NCBI GenBank assembly: GCA_964057225.1
Contig: OZ059897.1
Span: 10,602,001 to 10,666,000 of the forward strand
Direction: 5' to 3'
Length of the DNA: 64,000 nucleotides
Origin: Auanema rhodensis
Lineage: Eukaryota; Animalia; Nematoda
In this document: piece after piece, positions 55,178 through 64,000 of the stretch
Position numbering within the stretch: position 1 is the stretch's first letter
How the letters are laid out: every line of letters starts with the position of its first letter
Notes under the pieces: generated by a model
The model's input: the letters and a program-made list of their open reading frames with translations, nothing else
What the model was told of the DNA's origin: nothing
Database searches by the model: none
Position numbers and translations under genes: made by a program

Positions 55178-55769
55178 TTTTTTGTTTTGAAATTAAAATG
55201 CTATAAAATTATTGCTTGCTTGTCATGTTAGATTTCTTTAATTTGAATACTTATTCAAGTTATAACAATTTTCGATTTAATCACGTTCAATTAACTGTAT
55301 TGTTTTCAAAAATAAAGACAAAATTCAATTTCTGTTCATTGAATTAGAATTATCATGTTGTCACACAGAAATTGAAGAATCTTAGTTCATTTCAGTAACA
55401 ATGAACACACTAACTTTGTTAAGTTGTTGTAATATCGGCCCAAGTAATATAGTGGTTAGTACTCCACGTTGTGGCCGTGGCGACACAGATTCGATTCCTG
55501 TTTTGGGCATTTTTTGTTTTGAAATTTAAATGCTATAAAATTATTGCTTGCTTGTCATGTTAGATTTCTTTAATTTGAATACTTATTCAAGTTATAACAA
55601 TTTTCGATTTAATCACGTTCAATCAACTGTATTGTTTTCAAAAATAAAGACAAAATTCAATTTCTGTTCATTGAATTAGAATTTTCATGTTGTCACACAG
55701 AAATTGAAGAATCTTAGTTCATTTCAGTAACAATGAACACACTAACTTTGTTAAGTTGTTGTAATATCG

Positions 55770-55841
55770 GCCCAAGTAGTATAGTGGTTAGTACTCCACG
55801 TTGTGGCCGTGGCGACACAGGTTCGATTCCTGTCTTGGGCA
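55770..55841 (+). tRNA. tRNA-His(GUG), canonical allele
   Basis: Gene body identical to 991-1062. Confidence 0.93.
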
Positions 55842-56433
55842 TTTTTTGTTTTGAAATTAAAATGCTATGAAATTATTGCTTGCTTGTCTTGTTAGATTTC
55901 TTTAATTTGAATACTTATTCAAGTTATAACAATTTTCGATTTAATCACGTTCAATCAACTGTATTGTTTTCAAAAATAAAGACAAAATTCAATTTCTGTT
56001 CATTGAATTAGAATTTTCATGTTGTCACACAGAAATTGAAGAATCTTAGTTCAATTCAGTAACAATAAACACACTAACTTTGTTAAGTTGTTGTAATATC
56101 GGCCCAAGTAATATAGTGGTTAGTACTCCACATTGTGGCCGTGGCGACACAGATTCGATTCCTGTTTTGGGCATTTTTTGTTTTGAAATTTAAATGCTAT
56201 AAAATTATTGCTTGCTTGTCATGTTAGATTTCTTTAATTTGAATACTTATTCAAGTTATAACAATTTTCGATTTAATCACGTTCAATCAACTGTATTGTT
56301 CTCAAAAATAAAGACAAAATTCAATTTCTGTTCATTGAATTAGAATTTTCATGTTGTCACACAGAAATTGAAGAATCTTTGTTCAATTCAGTAACAATGA
56401 ACACACTAACTTTGTTAAGTTGTTGTAATATCG

Positions 56434-56511
56434 GCCCAAGTAATATAATGGTTAGTACTCCACGTTGTGGCCGTGGCCGTGGCGACACAGATTCGATTCC
56501 TGTCTTGGACA
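56434..56511 (+). pseudogene. Degenerate tRNA-His with a 6-bp tandem duplication (CCGTGG) after G37
   Basis: TTGTGG-CCGTGG-CCGTGG-CGAC; also A10, A15, A53, A71. Confidence 0.82.
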
Positions 56512-57767
56512 TTTTTTGTTTTGAAATTAAAATGCTACAAAATTATTGCTTGCTTGTCATGTTAGATTTCTTTAATTTGAATACTTATTCAAGTTATAAC
56601 AATTTTTGATTTAATCACGTTCAATCAACTGTATTGTTTTCAAAAATATAGACAAAATTCAATTTCTGTTCATTGAATTAGAATTTTCATGTTGTCACAC
56701 AGAAATTGAAGAATCTTAGTTCAATTCAGTAACAATGAACACACTAACTTTGTTAAGTTGTTGTAATATCGGCCCAAGTAATATAGTGGTTAGTACTCCA
56801 CGTTGTGGCCGTGGCGACACAGATTCGATTCCTGTTTTGGGCATTTTTTGTTTTGAAATTTAAATGCTATAAAATTATTGCTTGCTTGTCATGTTAGATT
56901 TCTTTAATTCGAATACTTATTCAAGTTATAACAATTTTCGATTTAATCACGTTCAATCAACTGTATTGTTTTCAAAAATAAAGACAAAATTCAGTTTCTG
57001 TTCATTGAATTAGAATTTTCATGTTGTCACACAGAAATTGAAGAATCTTAGTTCAATTCAGTAACAATGAACACACTAACTTTGTTAAGTTGTTGTAATA
57101 TCGGCTCAAGTAATATAGTGGTTAGTACTCCACGTTGTGGCCGTGGCGACACAGGTTCGATTCCTGTCTTGGACATTTTTTGTTTTGAAATTAAAATGCT
57201 ACAAAATTATTGCTTGTTTGTCATGTTAGATTTCTTTAATTTGAATACTTATTTAAGTTAGAACAATTTTCGATTTAATCACGTTCAATCAACTGTATTG
57301 TTTTCAAAAATAAAGACAAAATTCAATTTCTGTTCATTGAATTAGAATTTTCATGTTGTCACACAGAAATTGAAGAATCTTAGTTCATTTCAGTAACAAT
57401 GAACACACTAACTTTGTTAAGTTGTTGTAATATCGGCCCAAGTAGTATAGTGGTCAGTACTCCACGTTGTGGCCGTGGCGACACAGGTTCCATTCCTGTC
57501 TTGGGCATTTTTTGTTTTGAAATTTAAATGCTATGAAATTATTGCTTGCTTGTCATGTTAGATTTGTTTAATTTAAATACTTATTTAAGTTCCAACAATT
57601 TTTGATTAAATCACGTTCAATTAACTGTATTGTTTTCAAAAATAAAGACAAAATTCAATTTCTGTTCATTGAATTAGAATTTTCATGTTGTCACACAGGA
57701 AATGAAGAATCTTAGTTCATTTCAGTAACAATGAACACAATAACTTTGTTTAGTTGTTGTAATACCG

Positions 57768-57839
57768 GCCCAAGTAGTATAGTGGTTAGTACTCCACGTT
57801 GTGGCCGTGGCGACACAGGTTCGATTCCTGTCTTGGGCA
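57768..57839 (+). tRNA. tRNA-His(GUG), canonical allele
   Basis: Gene body identical to 991-1062; divergent spacer. Confidence 0.93.
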
Positions 57840-58098
57840 TTTTTTGTTTTGAAATTTAAATGCTATAAACATAATGCTTGCTTGTCATGTTAGATTTGTT
57901 TAATTCAAATACTTATTTAAGTTCTAACAATTTTTGATTTATTCACGTTCAATTAACAGTATTGTTTTCAAAAATAAAGACATCTTTCAATTTTTGGTCA
58001 TTGATTAGAATTTTCATGTTGTCACACAGAAATTGAAGAATCTTAGTTCATTTCAGTAACAATGAACACACTAACTTTGTTAAGTTGTTGTAATATCG

Positions 58099-58170
58099 GC
58101 CCAAGTAGTATAGTGGTTAGTACTCCACGTTGTGGCCGTGGCGATACAGGTTCGATTCCTGTCTTGGGCA
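58099..58170 (+). tRNA. tRNA-His(GUG), near-canonical (variable loop CGAT)
   Basis: Single C>T at the last variable-loop base; stems and boxes intact. Confidence 0.8.
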
Positions 58171-59095
58171 TTTTTTGTTTTGAAATTTAAATGCTATAAA
58201 ATTATTGCTTGCTTGTCATGTTAGATTTGTTTAATTCAAATACTTATTTAAGTTCTAACAATTTTTGATTTAATCACGTTCAATTAATTGTATTGTTTTC
58301 AAAAATAAAGACATCTTTCAATTTCTGGTCATTGAATTAGAATTTTCATGTTGTCACCCAGGAATTGAAGATTCTTAGTTCAATTCAGTAACAATGAACA
58401 CACTAACTTTGTTAAGTTGTTGTGATATCGGCCCAAGTAATATAGTGGTTAGTACTCCACGTTGTGGCCGTGGCGACACAGATTCGATTCCTGTCTTGGG
58501 CATTTTTTGTTTTGAAATTAAAATGCTACAAAATTATTGCTTGCTTGTCATGTTAGATTTGTTTAATTCAAATACTTATTTAAGTTCGAACAATTATCGA
58601 TTTAATCACGTTCAATTAACTGTATTGTTTTCAAAAATAAAGACATCTTTCAATTTCTGGTCATTGAATTAGAATTTTCATGTTGTCACACAGAAAATGG
58701 AAAAATCTTAGTTCAATTCAGTAACAACGAACACACTAACTTTGTTAAGTTGTTGTAATATCGGCCCAAGTAATATAGTGGTTAGTACTCCACGTTGTGG
58801 CCGTGGCGACACAGATTCGATTCCTGTTTTGGGCATTTTTTGTTTTGAAATTTAAATGCTATAAACATATTGCTTGCTTGTCATGTTAGATTTGTTGAAT
58901 TCAAATACTTATTTAAGTTCTATCAATTTTCGATTTAATCACGTTCAATCAACTGTATTGTTTTCAAAAATAAAGACATCTTTCAATTTCTGGTCATTGA
59001 ATTAGAATTTTCATGTTGTCACACAGAAATTGAAGAATCTTAGTTCATTTCAGTAACAATGAACACACTAACTTTGTTAAGTTGTTGTAATATCG

Positions 59096-59167
59096 GCCCA
59101 AGTAGTATAGTGGTTAGTACTCCACGTTGTGGCCGTGGCGACACAGGTTCGATTCCTGTCTTGGGCA
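59096..59167 (+). tRNA. tRNA-His(GUG), canonical allele
   Basis: Gene body identical to 991-1062. Confidence 0.93.
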
Positions 59168-59427
59168 TTTTTTGTTTTGAAATTAAAATGCTATAAAATT
59201 ATTGCTTGCTTGTCTTGTTAGATTTGTTTAATTCAAATACTTATTTAAGTTCTAACAATTTTCGATTTAATCACGTTCAATCAACTGTATTGTTTTCAAA
59301 AATAAAGACATCTTTCAATTTCTGGTCATTGAATTAGAATTTTCATGTTGTCACACAGAAATTGAAGAATCTTAGTTCATTTCAGTAACAATGAACACAC
59401 TAACTTTGTTAAGTTGTTGTAATATCG

Positions 59428-59499
59428 GCCCAAGTAGTATAGTGGTTAGTACTCTACGTTGTGGCCGTGGCGACACAGGTTCGATTCCTGTCTTGGGCA
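59428..59499 (+). tRNA. tRNA-His(GUG), near-canonical (U28:G42 wobble)
   Basis: Anticodon stem CTACG/CGTGG; G10 and G53 intact. Confidence 0.82.
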
Positions 59500-60090
59500 T
59501 TTTTTGTTTTGAAATTTAAATGCTATAAACATATTGCTTGCTTGTCATGTTAGATTTCTTCAATTTGAATACTTATTCAAGTTATAACAATTTTTGATTT
59601 AATCACGTTCAATTAACTGTATTGTTTTCAAAAATAAAGACATCTTTCAATTTCTGGTCATTGAATTAGAATTTTCATGTTGTCACACAGAAATTGAAGA
59701 ATCTTAGTTCATTTCAGTAACAATGAACACACTAACTTTGTTAAGTTGTTGTAATATCGGCCCAAGTAGTATAGTGGTTAGTACTCCACGTTGTGGCCGT
59801 GGCGACACAGATTCGATTCCTGTCTTGGGCATTTTTTGTTTTGAAATTAAAGTGCTATAAACATATTGCTTGCTTGTCATTTTAGATTTGTTTAATTCAA
59901 ATACTTATTTAAGTTCTATCAATTTTCGATTTAATCACGTTCAATCAACTGTATTGTTTTCAAAAATAAAGACATCTTTCAATTTTTGGTCATTGATTAG
60001 AATTTTCATGTTGTCACACAGAAATTGAAGAATCTTAGTTCATTTCAGTAACAATGAACACACTAACTTTGTTAAGTTGTTGTAATATCG

Positions 60091-60162
60091 GCCCAAGTAG
60101 TATAGTGGTTAGTACTCCACGTTGTGGCCGTGGCGACACAGGTTCGATTCCTGTCTTGGGCA
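60091..60162 (+). tRNA. tRNA-His(GUG), canonical allele
   Basis: Gene body identical to 991-1062. Confidence 0.93.
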
Positions 60163-60422
60163 TTTTTTGTTTTGAAATTTAAATGCTATAAACATATTGC
60201 TTGCTTGTCATGTTAGATTTGTTTAATTCAAATACTTATTTAAGTTCTATCAATTTTCGATTTAATCACGTTCAATCAACTGTATTGTTTTCAAAAATAA
60301 AGACATCTTTCAATTTCTGGTCATTGAATTAGAATTTTCATGTTGTCACACAGAAATTGAAGAATCTTAGTTCATTTCAGTAACAATGAACACACTAACT
60401 TTGTTAAGTTGTTGTAATATCG

Positions 60423-60494
60423 GCCCAAGTAGTATAGTGGTTAGTACTCCACGTTGTGGCCGTGGCGACACAGGTTCGATTCCTGTCTTGGGCA
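60423..60494 (+). tRNA. tRNA-His(GUG), canonical allele
   Basis: Gene body identical to 991-1062. Confidence 0.93.
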
Positions 60495-60754
60495 TTTTTT
60501 GTTTTGAAATTAAAATGCTATAAAATTATTGCTTGCTTGTCTTGTTAGATTTGTTTAATTCAAATACTTATTTAAGTTCTAACAATTTTCGATTTGATCA
60601 CGTTCAATCAACTGTATTGTTTTCAAAAATAAAGACATCTTTCAATTTCTGGTCATTGAATTAGAATTTTCATGTTGTCACACAGAAATTGAAGAATCTT
60701 AGTTCATTTCAGTAACAATGAACACACTAACTTTGTTAAGTTGTTGTAATATCG

Positions 60755-60826
60755 GCCCAAGTAGTATAGTGGTTAGTACTCTACGTTGTGGCCGTGGCGA
60801 CACAGGTTCGATTCCTGTCTTGGGCA
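60755..60826 (+). tRNA. tRNA-His(GUG), near-canonical (U28:G42 wobble)
   Basis: Anticodon stem CTACG/CGTGG; G10 and G53 intact. Confidence 0.82.
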
Positions 60827-61086
60827 TTTTTTGTTTTGAAATTTAAATGCTATAAACATATTGCTTGCTTGTCATGTTAGATTTCTTCAATTTGAATACT
60901 TATTCAAGTTATAACAATTTTTGATTTAATCACGTTCAATTAACTGTATTGTTTTCAAAAATAAAGACATCTTTCAATTTCTGGTCATTGAATTAGAATT
61001 TTCATGTTGTCACACAGAAATTGAAGAATCTTAGTTCATTTCAGTAACAATGAACACACTAACTTTGTTAAGTTGTTGTAATATCG

Positions 61087-61158
61087 GCCCAAGTAGTATA
61101 GTGGTTAGTACTCCACGTTGTGGCCGTGGCGACACAGGTTCGATTCCTGTCTTGGGCA
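61087..61158 (+). tRNA. tRNA-His(GUG), canonical allele
   Basis: Gene body identical to 991-1062. Confidence 0.93.
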
Positions 61159-61418
61159 TTTTTTGTTTTGAAATTTAAATGCTATAAACATATTGCTTGC
61201 TTGTCATGTTAGATTTGTTTAATTCAAATACTTATTTAAGTTCTATCAATTTTCGATTTAATCACGTTCAATCAACTGTATTGTTTTCAAAAATAAAGAC
61301 ATCTTTCAATTTCTGGTCATTGAATTAGAATTTTCATGTTGTCACACAGAAATTGAAGAATCTTAGTTCATTTCAGTAACAATGAACACACTAACTTTGT
61401 TAAGTTGTTGTAATATCG

Positions 61419-61490
61419 GCCCAAGTAGTATAGTGGTTAGTACTCCACGTTGTGGCCGTGGCGACACAGGTTCGATTCCTGTCTTGGGCA
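61419..61490 (+). tRNA. tRNA-His(GUG), canonical allele
   Basis: Gene body identical to 991-1062. Confidence 0.93.
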
Positions 61491-61750
61491 TTTTTTGTTT
61501 TGAAATTAAAATGCTATAAAATTATTGCTTGCTTGTCTTGTTAGATTTGTTTAATTCAAATACTTATTTAAGTTCTAACAATTTTCGATTTAATCACGTT
61601 CAATCAACTGTATTGTTTTCAAAAATAAAGACATCTTTCAATTTCTGGTCATTGAATTAGAATTTTCATGTTGTCACACAGAAATTGAAGAATCTTAGTT
61701 CATTTCAGTAACAATGAACACACTAACTTTGTTAAGTTGTTGTAATATCG

Positions 61751-61822
61751 GCCCAAGTAGTATAGTGGTTAGTACTCTACGTTGTGGCCGTGGCGACACA
61801 GGTTCGATTCCTGTCTTGGGCA
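61751..61822 (+). tRNA. tRNA-His(GUG), near-canonical (U28:G42 wobble)
   Basis: Anticodon stem CTACG/CGTGG; G10 and G53 intact. Confidence 0.82.
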
Positions 61823-62082
61823 TTTTTTGTTTTGAAATTTAAATGCTATAAACATATTGCTTGCTTGTCATGTTAGATTTCTTCAATTTGAATACTTATT
61901 CAAGTTATAACAATTTTTGATTTAATCACGTTCAATTAACTGTATTGTTTTCAAAAATAAAGACATCTTTCAATTTCTGGTCATTGAATTAGAATTTTCA
62001 TGTTGTCACACAGAAATTGAAGAATCTTAGTTCATTTCAGTAACAATGAACACACTAACTTTGTTAAGTTGTTGTAATATCG

Positions 62083-62154
62083 GCCCAAGTAGTATAGTGG
62101 TTAGTACTCCACGTTGTGGCCGTGGCGACACAGGTTCGATTCCTGTCTTGGGCA
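62083..62154 (+). tRNA. tRNA-His(GUG), canonical allele
   Basis: Gene body identical to 991-1062. Confidence 0.93.
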
Positions 62155-62746
62155 TTTTTTGTTTTGAAATTAAAATGCTATAAAATTATTGCTTGCTTGT
62201 CATGTTAGATTTCTTTAATTTGAATACTTATTCAAGTTATAACAATTTTCGATTTAATCACGTTCAATTAACTGTATTGTTTTCAAAAATAAAGACAAAA
62301 TTCAATTTCTGTTCATTGAATTAGAATTATCATGTTGTCACACAGAAATTGAAGAATCTTAGTTCATTTCAGTAACAATGAACACACTAACTTTGTTAAG
62401 TTGTTGTAATATCGGCCCAAGTAATATAGTGGTTAGTACTCCACGTTGTGGCCGTGGCGACACAGATTCGATTCCTGTTTTGGGCATTTTTTGTTTTGAA
62501 ATTTAAATGCTATAAAATTATTGCTTGCTTGTCATGTTAGATTTCTTTAATTTGAATACTTATTCAAGTTATAACAATTTTCGATTTAATCACGTTCAAT
62601 CAACTGTATTGTTTTCAAAAATAAAGACAAAATTCAATTTCTGTTCATTGAATTAGAATTTTCATGTTGTCACACAGAAATTGAAGAATCTTAGTTCATT
62701 TCAGTAACAATGAACACACTAACTTTGTTAAGTTGTTGTAATATCG

Positions 62747-62818
62747 GCCCAAGTAGTATAGTGGTTAGTACTCCACGTTGTGGCCGTGGCGACACAGGTT
62801 CGATTCCTGTCTTGGGCA
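62747..62818 (+). tRNA. tRNA-His(GUG), canonical allele
   Basis: Gene body identical to 991-1062. Confidence 0.93.
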
Positions 62819-63410
62819 TTTTTTGTTTTGAAATTAAAATGCTATGAAATTATTGCTTGCTTGTCTTGTTAGATTTCTTTAATTTGAATACTTATTCAAG
62901 TTATAACAATTTTCGATTTAATCACGTTCAATCAACTGTATTGTTTTCAAAAATAAAGACAAAATTCAATTTCTATTCATTGAATTAGAATTTTCATGTT
63001 GTCACACAGAAATTGAAGAATCTTAGTTCAATTCAGTAACAATAAACACACTAACTTTGTTAAGTTGTTGTAATATCGGCCCAAGTAATATAGTGGTTAG
63101 TACTCCACATTGTGGCCGTGGCGACACAGATTCGATTCCTGTTTTGGGCATTTTTTGTTTTGAAATTTAAATGCTATAAAATTATTGCTTGCTTGTCATG
63201 TTAGATTTCTTTAATTTGAATACTTATTCAAGTTATAACAATTTTCGATTTAATCACGTTCAATCAACTGTATTGTTCTCAAAAATAAAGACAAAATTCA
63301 ATTTCTGTTCATTGAATTAGAATTTTCATGTTGTCACACAGAAATTGAAGAATCTTTGTTCAATTCAGTAACAATGAACACACTAACTTTGTTAAGTTGT
63401 TGTAATATCG

Positions 63411-63488
63411 GCCCAAGTAATATAGTGGTTAGTACTCCACGTTGTGGCCGTGGCCGTGGCGACACAGATTCGATTCCTGTCTTGGACA
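63411..63488 (+). pseudogene. Degenerate tRNA-His with a 6-bp tandem duplication (second copy)
   Basis: Same insertion at 63448-63453; also A10, A53, A71. Confidence 0.82.
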
Positions 63489-64000
63489 TTTTTTGTTTTG
63501 AAATTAAAATGCTACAAAATTATTGCTTGCTTGTCATGTTAGATTTCTTTAATTTGAATACTTATTCAAGTTATAACAATTTTTGATTTAATCACGTTCA
63601 ATCAACTGTATTGTTTTCAAAAATATAGACAAAATTCAATTTCTGTTCATTGAATTAGAATTTTCATGTTGTCACACAGAAATTGAAGAATCTTAGTTCA
63701 ATTCAGTAACAATGAACACACTAACTTTGTTAAGTTGTTGTAATATCGGCCCAAGTAATATAGTGGTTAGTACTCCACGTTGTGGCCGTGGCGACACAGA
63801 TTCGATTCCTGTTTTGGGCATTTTTTGTTTTGAAATTTAAATGCTATAAAATTATTGCTTGCTTGTCATGTTAGATTTCTTTAATTCGAATACTTATTCA
63901 AGTTATAACAATTTTCGATTTAATCACGTTCAATCAACTGTATTGTTTTCAAAAATAAAGACAAAATTCAGTTTCTGTTCATTGAATTAGAATTTTCATG

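Larger units (their letters stand above)
60091..62082 (+). repeat. 3-mer higher-order repeat (996 bp) x2 within the divergent-spacer subfamily
   Basis: Units 60091/60423/60755 recur as 61087/61419/61751; partial earlier copy at 59096/59428. Confidence 0.85.
1..64000 (+). repeat. Tandem array (satellite-like) of a 332-bp monomer, ~193 copies, each with a tRNA-His(GUG) gene or pseudogene; runs off both window ends
   Basis: The same sequence recurs every 332 bp (gene starts 327, 659, 991, 1323 ... 63749). ORF-track hits recur at multiples of 332. I saw only six small indels (~49373 -1, 56471 +6, ~58004 -1, ~58700 +1, ~59996 -1, 63448 +6). Confidence 0.99.

Noticed and set aside
1-64000. CRISPR array or repeat-spacer memory system
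   Set aside because: The spacers are near-identical rather than unique, the period is 332 bp, there are no cas genes, and the conserved element is a eukaryotic tRNA.
1-64000. tRNA-derived SINE or other mobile element
   Set aside because: Copies are strictly head-to-tail with no target-site duplications or A-rich tails. The T6 terminator directly follows A73, and many copies are complete tRNAs.

Overview
The whole 64-kb window is one head-to-tail tandem array of a 332-bp, roughly 70% AT monomer (193 copies: one partial and 192 complete genes). Each monomer has a + strand, intron-less, eukaryotic cytosolic-type tRNA-His(GUG) gene, then a T6 Pol III terminator and a ~260-bp spacer. The canonical allele is GCCCAAG TA GTAT AGTGGTTA GTAC T CCACG TTGTGGC CGTGG CGAC ACAGG TTCGATT CCTGT CTTGGGC A (72 nt, A73, no encoded CCA, preceded by a genomic G at -1). 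Gene starts follow 332k-5, with small indel offsets after ~49.4 kb. By manual reading only 45 copies are fully canonical and about 5 more are near-canonical. Most of the rest share two linked lesions, G10A (A box/D stem) and G53A (B box/T stem), plus extra acceptor or anticodon-stem changes, so they are probably pseudogenes. The monomer variants form nested higher-order repeats (2-, 3-, 5/7-, 6- and 8-mers, and duplications offset by 21, 24 and 44 units). A block at ~57.4-62.1 kb has divergent spacers but mostly intact genes. The picture is a tRNA gene cluster turning into satellite DNA. All listed ORFs are repeat artefacts. The gene body resembles nematode tRNA-His as I recall it, but this is unverified. 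All counts were made by eye.
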